A stretch of 64,000 nt of DNA from assembly GCF_001194135.2 (NCBI RefSeq), contig NC_068988.1:60612677-60676676 (forward strand). Direction: 5' to 3'. Positions within the stretch are counted from its first letter, which is position 1. Each line of letters opens with the position of its first letter. Source of the stretch: Octopus bimaculoides. Its lineage: Eukaryota. The notes below the pieces were generated by a model, which saw only the letters and a list, made by a program, of their open reading frames with translations, was not told where the DNA came from and did no database searches. Position numbers and translations under genes: made by a program. Below, in pieces: positions 53,063-64,000 of the stretch.

Positions 53063-55240
53063 CAAACGCAAACACACACATACACAAATACATGCACACA
53101 CACAAACACGCGCATATACAAGTAAAGGCAGGCACATGCTGAGCATACACAGCATATATAGTCAGATGATCAAACATATAAAAGTACATTCATAATAATA
53201 ACATTCATCTGCTATACACACACACACACACACACATACATTATAGCCACACCCGCATACACTTGTTCAGAAATACTCACACACAGCAAACAATCACAAA
53301 TACACATTCATACATACATAGATATGCATAAACAAACATGTACTTACACAGTCAAAACAATCGCATTCACATATAAACATACAAACAGATACACACAATA
53401 AAATGAGCACACATAAGTGCATAGAAAAGAACAGAACAGAAAAAGCGAGAGAGTGAACAAGAGTGATAGGGGTGGATGTAGGGAAAAGGGTTTGGGGAGA
53501 GAAGAGGGTTATGGAAGGGATTTGAACCAAGAAAGAATATGTATGTGTGTGTGTGTGTGCATGAAAGACGAGAGAGAGAGAAAGAAACGGAGAGAGGGAG
53601 AGAGAAGTAGAGAGAAAAGAGAGTGGGAGAAGGAGAGAAGGAGAGAGAAGTAGAGAGAAAAGAGAGTGGGAGAAGGAGAGAGAGGATAGACTGATAGAAA
53701 AATGTATAATTTAGAGTTAAAAAAAGATATGTCGACTGGGAAATATGGTGTATATACATATACATACATACATATATACATACACGCACACAAATACACG
53801 CACACATATATATATGTGATATGTGTACTCACATACACAAACACACATACAGTATATATGTATACAGAGAAAGAGACATGGGTGAGGTAGAAATCAAACC
53901 AATGGAAGAAAAATAAAGGGAGAGAATCGGGTGACCGAAAGAGGGAAGGCGAAGGCAGTCCAATATTTACCACTGACAATTAAATGTGAAATGTGAAGGA
54001 AAGAGCAACAAAAATATTTTAAAAAAAACAAACAAACAACCACCACCAACAACAACAACAACAAACATCTAATAAAAAAATAAAAAATAAAAGCATACGC
54101 GTACAGACGAACAAATAACGAAAAAAATAATACTAAAAGTTTATTATGAATGCTATCACTTACAACAGCAACCCTCAATTTTTACGCACTCCTACAATAA
54201 AACCCTTCTTCTTCTTCTTCTCCCCCCCCCGCCCGTCTTGACATGAGTCCTTTCCTCAGATGATGCCAGCCTTATTGTACAGACATTATACAATAATCAT
54301 CCACGTTAGATGTCAATGAAGAAGATAAAATAAAATTTGAAAAATAAGCAACCAAACATAACAAAAAAAAAATAACTGAAAAATTTTTGAAAACTCCTCC
54401 TCCCGAAAAACCCCCCAAAAATATAAGATGAACAATAAATAAATAGAATAAAGTAATAAAATAATAATAATAAAAATATATGTTTCTATTCAGAACGTTG
54501 CAATTGTTTTATTCCGTTTTGGATTTTTAATTATCAGATAAAATATCTGTATTTTGTAGTTGATAAAATGAAACAAAATTATAAAAATTAAATTAAATTA
54601 AAAATAAAATATAAATATAAAAAAGAAAAACATAAGGTTTTAGTTTCCATGGGAAAGCTTTTATTTTATTGGTGAAAGAAGAAATGGTTGTGAAAAAAGA
54701 TTTTGGCTTTTTGTTTTTGATATTAGTCTTCATTTCAAAACAAATCTATAAAACCCAAGAAACAAATAAACAAAACAAAACCAGCAAAAGAACGCGCCCC
54801 TTCTAAAGAAAAACAAGCGAGCATGCCCTAAACAATCGAATGTCGTGGGGTTGGTGAACCTTACGGCTAACCTTAAAATAACGGTTTGTGCAGTAACGTC
54901 TTATTGATTTACAATTGTGTGAAGCTGTCTGTATTAGATTTGTTGTTGCACGGGAGTACAATACAGAACTTAAAGATGGCAAAAGTCTCTCTTCCCCACC
55001 CCCACTTATTTCCTTTTCCCGTTAATCTGGAGGAGGAGTTTTGTAGGATTGTTTTCATACTGATTTTCATTATGAAGTCGCTGTAGAAATCATGATAACA
55101 TAGAATCACTCTAGCAATTATGCCAAATGTGGTTGCTACGTGACCACAGATCAGCCTTCTTCGAGCAGACCTATGATCAAATTTACTCTTCCACGACCAT
55201 CTCACATTTTAAAAATAAATGCAGGACTTCATTATATAAT
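51802..55240 (+). other. Probable long 3' UTR; 3' end approximate
   Basis: 3.4 kb with microsatellites and A-rich runs but no SINE copies, ending at AATAAA 55214-55219; interspersed repeats resume at about 55260. Confidence 0.4.
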
Positions 55241-55906
55241 ATGACCACTCCTTATTTCAGATGGTAGGGTGTGATTTACGGGAGATATTGCTGCTATATC
55301 TTGCATGTCGAACGATCAGGTAGAGGCTCCTTTTATAGAGTCAGAAGATGAGTTTTGCCAATATAGAGTCACAGCAACTGCCATATTGATTTCAAATTAT
55401 GACACAAAACCAGCAATTTCGAAGGATGGGCTAAGTCAACTGCATCGACCCCCAATGTTCAACTGGTACTTATTTTATCGACTTCGAGAGGATGAAAGGA
55501 AAAGTCAACCTCGGCGGAATTTGAACTCAGAGCGTACAGACGGACGAAATGCCGCTAAAGTTTTGCCCGTTTCGCTTCTTATTTCTTTATTGTCCACAAG
55601 GGGCTAAACATAAAGGGGACAAACAAGGACAGACTAAGGGATTAAATCGATTACATCGACCCCAGTGCGTAACTGGTACTTAATTTAGACCCCGAAAGGA
55701 TGAAAGGCAAAGTCGACTTCGGCGGAATTTGTACTCAGAATGTAACGGCAGACGAAATACCGCTAAGCATTTCACCCGGTGTGCTAACGTTTCTGCCATC
55801 TTGCCGCCTTCGCTGCAACTTCCATATTAAACATAAATTCAATATAGTATCGAATTAAGTTAGACGTTATGTCTGTTGAAGCTCTGTCAGTATATCACCA
55901 CTGCAG

Positions 55907-56111
55907 AGCGGTGAGCTGGCAGAATCATTAACAAAATGTTCAGTGGCATTTCGTATGCCCTTATGCTCCGAGTTCAAATTCTGCCGCGAACGATTTTGCC
56001 TTTCATTCTATTGGAGTCGATAAAATAAATACCAGTTGAGCACTAGGGTCGATGTAATCGACTTACTCGCTTCCCCGAAATGACTTGTACTGTGCCAAAA
56101 CTTAAGACCAA
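55907..56111 (+). mobile_element. SINE family B with 16-bp TSD
   Basis: TSD tatatcaccactgcag at 55891-55906 and 56112-56127. Confidence 0.85.
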
Positions 56112-56220
56112 TATATCACCACTGCAGTAGCTGGCTCAGTAAAGAGTAACTACAACTGTAATGTCGATATAAAGTCATTGTCGCAGTCGTCGTCATAGTA
56201 ATATAATATTTGTGTAGTAG

Positions 56221-56561
56221 AAGGGTAAAGGCTCCCTTCAGTCATGAATGACCATAGGATTGCACCTAGAAAGTTCCCATCCAAAGCGCAGGTCCTGGCA
56301 AGGTTGTTTATGGAAGACCAGCAATCGCCCGTGCATACTAGCCTCCCCGCTTCATGCCACCGATGTTACCCAAGGGAAAGGCAAAGGTCGATACAACTAG
56401 CCACCAGTGACGATGTAACTCATTTTTGCAGCTGAGTGAACTGGAGCACCGTGATATAAAGTGTCATGCTCAAGAAGATAACACACAATCCAGTCCGGGA
56501 ATCGAACTCGCTACCGCATGATTGTAAGCCCGACGTTCTAACCATTGAGCCATGTGCCTTC
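56221..56561 (-). mobile_element. SINE family D, full length
   Basis: Matches 36442-36705 and 63754-64000. Confidence 0.85.
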
Positions 56562-57478
56562 ATATCTGTATAGTAGTCATGTCAATATTGAGTAACAATT
56601 GTGATTACGTCAGTACAGAGACACTGTAATAATCAACAGCTGTGTCTGTATAAAGTAATATTAGCAGTTATTTCATTCAGAGTTACTATTGCAGTTCTGT
56701 CGGAATAGAAGTAGCGTAGAATTCATGGTATTATATAGAATCAGTTTAGTAGTAACGTTAAAATAGATCTACGTGTAGCCTTCGAATTGGCTGAGTCGTG
56801 AGGGAGTAGGATAAATTATTTCGTGATATCTGTTCCGAATTTCTGCTCTACACTTCAAATTTAAATCCCGCTGCAATCAATCTTTCCGTTCATGCTTTCA
56901 TCTTCAACCCCTGGATATGACTGTGTCAAGACCTAGGATTCACATACCTGGTTTCCGTACTCTGTAAGTGATCGGGATCATAGCATTCGCCTTGAACAGG
57001 TCACTAGTCCATCGCATGGTTACTCATTTACAACCGAATGAACAGGAGCTACATGAAAAGAAGTGTTTTGCTCTGTATTGGCCCAAATTGAACTGTATTG
57101 GCCCAAGCTGGTGCCTTTTTACTCGGATAAACATTGGTGGCGTGGGGAGAAACTTTGATGCATGGGTAGCTATTGGATCTCCACAAAAAAAATCTTGTTC
57201 AAGCTTACACATATATGTGCTAGTGCATTGTCAATGTTAATCGACGACGGAAGCCTTACAACAAGCAGTCAACTGAATGTCACTGTAGCAGTCATATTAA
57301 TAAATATAGAATTACCGTAGCAGTTTCAATATAGCACTCAATGGAGTATCACTACAGCATTCGTGTCAATGAATATAGAGTCTCCGTTGCAGTTTTTTTA
57401 ATCCAGAGTTAATATAGAGTGACCATAACAGTTTACAATACAGCAGTTTATAGAGTCATTGTAGCTGTCTTGATAATA

Positions 57479-58058
57479 CGAGGAGAGGTTGAAAAGTCCA
57501 TAAGCTGACTATGAAGGAGAGGTGCTAGAGCTGTGAAATCTTGCATGCATTAATTTCAACCCTTCTTATAAATAACTGCATTGTTTCTTTCCGGGTAAAC
57601 TCACAACTGACTGCTCAAAGAAGACTTCAAAAGCAATTAGTAGCAACTTTGCTTGAAAATTCTCTTGAAATTTAGCATCGTAGTGTTGTCAAGTACCTTC
57701 AAAGAAAGGTTTAGCCTCCAACCACATTCATGCTGACATGGTTGCTATATTAAGGGATCACGCTTCAACTTTATCAACAGTGCAAAAGTGGGAAACTGAA
57801 TTAAGTTCTGGAGAAGGGAGAGTCTTGACGATGACCCAAGGTCTTGACATCCTGCAACTACTACGACCATAGAAAACTTTGATCGTGTTCACCACATGGT
57901 GGTGGATGGTAGGCGATTGACGATAAATCAAATAGCTAACGCTATTAGCATATCATGCAAGAAAGTTGAAGATATTCTGCTGTTTCTGCTCGGTGGATAC
58001 TACGTATTCTGACACCTGATCAAAAGCGCACCAAGCTGATCACATCACGGGAAAATCT
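57479..58058 (+). mobile_element. 5' half of a mariner (DD34D-like) element, 3'-truncated
   Basis: TA + CGAGGAGAGGTTGAAAAGT TIR; peptides HRSVVKYL, IHADMVAIL, TVQKW, DDPRS, RRLTINQIANAISIS and SARWILRILTPDQKR. Confidence 0.85.
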
Positions 58059-58122
58059 CGTAAATATCAATCTATCGTAGCAGATTTTAGGACAGAGGTC
58101 AATAAAGTGTCACTTTAGCAGA

Positions 58123-58367
58123 TATCTTTTATCTTTTATTTGTTTCAGTCTTTAGACTGCGGTCATACTGGAGCACCGCCTTGAAGAATTTTCAGCCAAA
58201 TGTATCGACCCCAGTACTTACTTTTTATAAACCTGCTACTAATTCTATCGGACCTTTTGGCCGAATCGCAAAGTTACAGGGACGTAAACACACCAGCACC
58301 GCTTTCAAGCGGTGGTGGTGGTGGACAAAGACAGACACAAAGACAGACAGACAGACACAGACACACA

Positions 58368-58401
<34 letters not shown>

Positions 58402-58574
58402 TATATACGACGGGGTTCTGTCAGCTTCCCTCCACCAAATCCACTCACATGGCTTTGGTCGGTCCGAGGCCATAGTAGAAGACACTTGCTCAAGGTGCCA
58501 CGCTGTGGAACTGAACCCTGAACCATGTGGCAGGGAAGCAAGCTTCTTACCACACAGCCACGATGCCTGCGCCT
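58123..58574 (-). mobile_element. SINE family A, full length
   Basis: Reverse-complement match to 14549-14936 from head to tail. Confidence 0.85.
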
Positions 58575-59200
58575 AGATATGTTAATAAATGTAGAGTTAC
58601 TGATGTCATCCAACTGGAAACGTAACTTGANNNNNNNNNNNNNNNNNNNNNNNNNNNNNNNNNNNNNNNNNNNNNNNNNNNNNNNNNNNNNNNNNNNNNN
58701 NNNNNNNNNNNNNNNNNNNNNNNNNNNNNNNNNNNNNNNNNNNNNNNNNNNNNNNNNNNNNNNNNNNNNNNNNNNNNNNNNNNNNNNNNNNNNNNNNNNN
58801 NNNNNNNNNNNNNNNNNNNNNNNNNNNNNNNNNNNNNNNNNNNNNNNNNNNNNNNNNNNNNNNNNNNNNNNNNNNNNNNNNNNNNNNNNNNNNNNNNNNN
58901 NNNNNNNNNNNNNNNNNNNNNNNNNNNNNNNNNNNNNNNNNNNNNNNNNNNNNNNNNNNNNNNNNNNNNNNNNNNNNNNNNNNNNNNNNNNNNNNNNNNN
59001 NNNNNNNNNNNNNNNNNNNNNNNNNNNNNNNNNNNNNNNNNNNNNNNNNNNNNNNNNNNNNNNNNNNNNNNNNNNNNNNNNNNNNNNNNNNNNNNNNNNN
59101 NNNNNNNNNNNNNNNNNNNNNNNNNNNNNNNNNNNNNNNNNNNNNNNNNNNNNNNNNNNNNNNNNNNNNNNNNNNNNNNNNNNNNNNNNNNNNNNNNNNN

Positions 59201-59422
59201 GTCATCGTCGTCGACGTCATCGGCGTCGACGTCATCGGCGTCGACGTCATCGGCGTCGACGTCATCGTCGTTGACGTTATCGTCGTCGACGCCATCGTCG
59301 TCGACGTCATCGTCGTCGACGTTATCGGCGTTGACGTTATCGCCGTTGACGTTATCGTCGTCGACGTTATCGGCGTTGACGTTATCGTCGTCGACGTTAT
59401 CGTCGTCGACGTTATCGTCGTA
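59201..59422. repeat. 15-bp CpG-rich minisatellite (GACGTYATCGKCGTY)n
   Basis: About 14-15 visible units; abuts a 570-nt gap, so it is probably longer. Confidence 0.9.
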
Positions 59423-60069
59423 GTTTTTCTCGTTGTCGTCTTCACCATGATAAACGTCATCCCATCATCATCGTCATCGTCGTCGTCATCGTCGTCGTTA
59501 TCGTCAGTATCATCAACATCGTCTCTATTATTACGAAGACTGAGAATCGTTACTCCTCCCGCGTGACCATAATGATTACTACCCTTCTTCCGCTACCTTT
59601 CCAACTTTCTTATGATCCTCTTCATCCTCGTCCTCATCATCGACATCGTTATCGACTACGTTTGTGATACTGTCATCCGGGGGGCGGGGGGTATGAACTA
59701 TAGAGAAAGGAAGGAAGGAAGAAAGAAACGTAGAAAAATACAAAGGAGGGTAAGAGAGATAGAAAAGAAGAGAGCGACAGGGAAAGGAAGAGAGAGAGAG
59801 ACAGATAGATAGATAGAAAGAGAGAAAAAGGAGAGGGAGAAAGAGAGGAGAGAGAGAGAGAGAAAAGGGAGAAGAAAGAGAAAAAAGGGAGAAGAGAGAG
59901 AAAGAGAGAGATTGGGAGAGATGGAGCAGAAAATGACAGGAAAAGATACCGGGAACTGCTATTTTACAGTTGGTTGACCAGAAATAACGACTGTTTCTTA
60001 TCAAAGAACTGGCTGTCATTCCCATTTCTACTTGTCACACAACGCAGTAATGAGAATGTCCTCTACAGT

Positions 60070-60432
60070 ACAGTTCTATATTTAATAGATGAGGAATTAT
60101 GTACATTATTTACATTCGACGGATATTTGTCCTCATCTTGTTTGTTGTTAACACAACGTTTCGGCTGATATACCCTCCAGCCTTCATCAGCTGTCTTGAG
60201 GAAATAAATTTCGAACCTGGGTTCTCATTCCTAAGGTATTTTTCGATGTTATTATTATTATTATTATTATTATTGAGGTCACTGCTTGGAATCGAACTCG
60301 GAATCTTGGGGTTAGTAGCTCGCGCTCTTAACCACTACGCCATATGGAGGCTGGAAGGTATATCAACCGAAATGTTGTGTTAACAACAAACAAGATGAAG
60401 GCAAATATCCATGAAATGTAAATAATGTAAAT
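60070..60432 (-). mobile_element. tRNA-headed SINE with Penelope-like tail, inverted 5' duplication and 15-bp TSD
   Basis: A box TGGCGTAGTGG (60332-60342), B box GAGTTCGATTCC (60288-60299), (AAT)n spacer, hammerhead core; flanking repeat aatgtcctctacagt at 60055-60069 and 60433-60447. Confidence 0.8.
60150..60195 (-). ncRNA. Minimal type I hammerhead ribozyme motif
   Basis: GACAG-CUGAUGA-A-GGCUG(10-nt loop)CAGCC-GAAA-C-GUU-GUGUU: intact core and 5-bp stem II, palindromic AACGUU stem III; stem I has a G.G mismatch at its first pair. Confidence 0.65.
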
Positions 60433-60627
60433 AATGTCCTCTACAGTGTCCAGGACTTTTTTCCCTTGGTATTTCCGAGTGGACTTCAGGATTTCATTTG
60501 ATTTCGTGTACACACGACGCTGCGCATCAATGTGGTATCAGGTTCGGTCCTGCTGCGTGGTATCTTGCAGGTAAATGCTATATGAATGAATTCGGTAGAC
60601 AGTAACTGTGTGAAAGCCTCTCATATA

Positions 60628-61440
60628 CAGGGTTTTCGGCTTAAATTTTAATTTTCATAAAAGGAAAAGAAAGCATAATATCTCATGTAGACACCCTCAA
60701 CTTCTATCGCAGCTTCAAGACGGCTCCGGAACCTGGTACATGCGTTCCTCGTTGTGTTCCCGAGAAGAAGGAACACCTTTGATCTTGGCCACCAGCTCCA
60801 CCTTGGCTGAATGGTTGGTGTCTTTCTCAACTGCGCTCCACACATAGTAATCCATGAGATTGCAATCGGAGGAATGAGAAACGAAGTTGTAGAAATTCTC
60901 TGACAACTGACTCTCTCCGGTAGTATGATACGAAAACGAGTCCTGCTGCTACTCATGTGGCGTTCCAACAGCAACTCTCTCCAGCCAGGGCATGACCACA
61001 GACTCCAGCAGCCTCACATAACCGTCTGAATTGAGCCTAAGACCCTGTTTAAAGATGTGTGGCTGAATTACGGCGTCCGGGCGTAGTCAGAGCGTCTGCT
61101 GTGTTCCTTCTTGCTGGCTACAGCTTCGTAATCTCCGTTGCAACTGTCCATGTCACGTCTTACACACTTTATAGTGTTCATAGGGCATTGAACAGCAGTG
61201 ATGACGTCGGCATTTTGATACCCAGCACGACTCATTACGATACTTGTAACTCTTTTCTAATATTCAAATGGTTTCCAGTCTCCCATGTCGGCTAACTTTT
61301 GCTCAACTATAATGTTAACCATTATGCTCTTCGACGCCGTTGTCTCTTCACCAATACACCAAGCTGCTCCTGCAAAAGAAAAAAAAAAGGAGATATTAAA
61401 ACTTGTTAAGCACCCTAATTATATCTTTCCGAAAACCCTG
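60628..61440 (-). mobile_element. Internally deleted maT-like Tc1/mariner element
   Basis: TA-flanked TIRs CAGGGTTTTCGG ... CCGAAAACCCTG; peptides MGDWKPFEY, RAGYQNADVITAVQC, GLRLNSDGYVRLLESVVMPWL, QQDS and DCNLMDYYVWS. Confidence 0.85.
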
Positions 61441-61628
61441 TATATGCCTTTCACCTTTTGTCTTTTACACGCTTCAGTCAATAGACCATGGCCAAGCTAG
61501 GGCACTTCCTGGAAGGGTTGTAGTTGAACGAATCGAACCCGGTATTTATTTTTAAAGCCTAGCCCTTATTCTATCAGTCTACTTTTGCGGAGCCACCAAG
61601 TTAAGGTGACGTAAAGAAACCAGCACCA

Positions 61629-62486
61629 TATATATACAGGTAGATGTAGGTGTGCACATACTTGCACGTATATATGCATATACTCATTTATTATTTGTTT
61701 TACATGATCGAACGTACGCGTCATCCCTGCAAGTAAGTTTTGAACTTTATATTTTCTGACGCGACTCTATCTATCTCTGTATCTTTTCCCCCTCTCGTTC
61801 TTCCTTCTGTTACTACTATATCTCTCTCTTCCTCTCTTTCTCTCGTTGCTCACCTATTTTCTACTTCTTCCCCTTTTTTCTCCCTCTACCACTCTTTCTC
61901 CTTACCCCTCGCTGGTCACATGTGTCCAGCTACTAATTCTTTTCTTCCTTGGCTATCGCCAAGCAAACATACGAACCTACTTCGTCCCGCTTCCTTCCAG
62001 TTCGTTGCTTCACAGCGTTCAATATACACATAATTTTTCACGTCTGGCCGTATAACCTTTTCCGTTTGNNNNNNNNNNNNNNNNNNNNNNNNNNNNNNNN
62101 NNNNNNNNNNNNNNNNNNNNNNNNNNNNNNNNNNNNNNNNNNNNNNNNNNNNNNNNNNNNNNNNNNNNNNNNNNNNNNNNNNNNNNNNNNNNNNNNNNNN
62201 NNNNNNNNNNNNNNNNNNNNNTTTGTGGTCCGTGGGAAGAGCCATTTTAACGATGCGTCCTGCCCTAACTCTTTGAAACGCCTGTGTTAGAATGGTAGCA
62301 GCTGATGAAGGAAAATGTTCTCTATGTGGCCTGTGTGTTTTCTGTACTCTGGTTATTATTATTTTTTTTTGTCTACGTTTTGTTTGCAACGTCTTGTACC
62401 CAGATATGCACCTATATATACAGGTAGATGTAGGTATGCACATGCTTGTACGTATATATGCATATACTCATTTATTATTTGTTTTA
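61629..62486 (+). mobile_element. Non-autonomous element with 74-bp terminal direct repeats (copy 2)
   Basis: 61629-61702 and 62413-62486 match with 3 mismatches; internal blocks homologous to 14940-15660. Confidence 0.65.
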
Positions 62487-63692
62487 TATATATATATATA
62501 TATATGTATATGTATGTATGTGTGTTTTTTTCAATGTTTACAAACAACACGGAAAAAATAAATAAATAGTTACCAGGGTAGCAAAAATTCACACAAGTAC
62601 CAAGGATGTAACAGCCTACTTATAGAGGTAGAAACTCCAGGTATAAATGAAATGTTTTTGTATGATATAGGTAAATACATAAATAAATGGAATTAAATGG
62701 ATTCTGTTAAAATGTCTTATTGATGTGTTTGGTTTCTTCCTTTGCTTGATAAGATTGCTTTGTTTTACACCATTTTATTCCTTCTGGAATAATACCAATG
62801 TTTTCTTCGAAACATATGTCGGAAGTAAAAAGATTTAAATAACACCTGCGTTTAACTCTCTCTCTCTCACCCTCTCTCTCACCCACTCTCNNNNNNNNNN
62901 NNNNNNNNNNNNNNNNNNNNNNNNNNNNNNNNNNNNNNNNNNNNNNNNNNNNNNNNNNNNNNNNNNNNNNNNNNNNNNNNNNNNNNNNNNNNNNNNNNNN
63001 NNNNNNNNNNNNNNNNNNNNNNNNNNNNNNNNNNNNNNNNNNNNNNNNNNNNNNNNNNNNNNNNNNNNNNNNNNNNNNNNNNNNNNNNNNNNNNNNNNNN
63101 NNNNNNNNNNNNNNNNNNNNNNNNNNNNNNNNNNNNNNNNNNNNNNNNNNNNNNNNNNNNNNNNNNNNNNNNNNNNNNNNNNNNNNNNNNNNNNNNNNNN
63201 NNNNNNNNNNNNNNNNNNNNNNNNNNNNNNNNNNNNNNNNNNNNNNNNNNNNNNNNNNNNNNNNNNNNNNNNNNNNNNNNNNNNNNNNNNNNNNNNNNNN
63301 NNNNNNNNNNNNNNNNNNNNNNNNNNNNNNNNNNNNNNNNNNNNNNNNNNNNNNNNNNNNNNNNNNNNNNNNNNNNNNNNNNNNNNNNNNNNNNNNNNNN
63401 NNNNNNNNNNNNNNNNNNNNNNNNNNNNNNNNNNNNNNNNNNNNNNNNNNNNNNNNNNNNNNNNNNNNNNNNNNNNNNNNNNNNNNNNNNNNNNNNNNNN
63501 NNNNNNNNNNNNNNNNNNNNNNNNNNNNNNNNNNNNNNNGCACTCCACAGACACGTGTAATGCAGTACGATCGTTTCATGCAACTCCATTTAATTGAACA
63601 ATGCAATCATTACATCAATTTAAAATGCAGAGCAATCCTCAGCTGCACAAAGACATAGAAGTTAATTAAATTAGAACAGATGGACACATTAC

Positions 63693-63746
<54 letters not shown>

Positions 63747-63753
63747 CATTTAT

Positions 63754-64000
63754 AAAATGGTAATGACCTCCTTCGGTTATGAATGACCTTGGAATTGCCC
63801 CTAGAAAGTTCTCCTTTTAAGCCCAAGTCCGGAAAACCAACAGTCGCCCATGCCTTCCCTCTTCACCGATGGGAAAAGCAAAGAGGCTGATACAGCTTGG
63901 CACCAGTGACGTCGCAATTCCTTTCTGTAGCTGACTGAACTGGAGCAACGTGAAATAAAGTGCCTTGCTCAAGAACACAACACACAGCCCGGTCCGGAAA
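63754..64000 (-). mobile_element. SINE family D, cut by the window edge
   Basis: Matches 56221-56500. Confidence 0.8.

Larger units (their letters stand above)
55330..58610 (+). repeat. Ancient degenerate minisatellite (unit about caatatagagtcactgtagcagtt) fragmented by insertions
   Basis: Variants at about 55359, 56164, 56620-56760, 57280-57470, 58099 and 58585. Confidence 0.55.

Noticed and set aside
17998-63606. Long ORFs (200-740 aa) in the six-frame track
   Set aside because: They run through N gaps and microsatellites (X, IY, HT, poly-S/E/K translations) and have no coding signal.
1-64000. CRISPR arrays, rRNA or intact tRNA genes
   Set aside because: No repeat-spacer arrays or rRNA similarity seen; tRNA-like A/B boxes all belong to SINE heads lacking a complete cloverleaf.

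Overview
AT-rich eukaryotic (animal) draft-assembly DNA with about 22 N-gaps (roughly 11 kb in total), most of them flanked by microsatellites. The dense (CA)n/(TA)n/(TATC)n tracts and several high-copy tRNA-headed SINE families suggest an octopus or other coleoid cephalopod genome (inference). Nearly all long ORFs in the supplied track are gap or microsatellite artefacts. Genic content: the 3' end of a probable syntaxin-8 gene on + (last coding exon at 8441, then an intron inside the 3' UTR and a terminal exon with AATAAA at 13401), and two phase-compatible + exons (45078-45157 and from 51762) of an unidentified transcript followed by a 3.4-kb SINE-free, UTR-like stretch. The rest is mobile DNA: at least five SINE families, four Penelope-like (GIY-YIG) remnants, four Tc1/mariner-superfamily elements plus a pogo/Tigger remnant, an L1/Tx1 remnant and a foldback MITE. 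The most notable signal is a TSD-flanked, tRNA-headed SINE at 60070-60432 that carries a minimal type I hammerhead ribozyme and a Penelope-style inverted 5' duplication. Several other hammerhead-like motifs and a direct-repeat-bounded family with ribozyme core words occur elsewhere in the window, along with two pre-miRNA-like hairpins.
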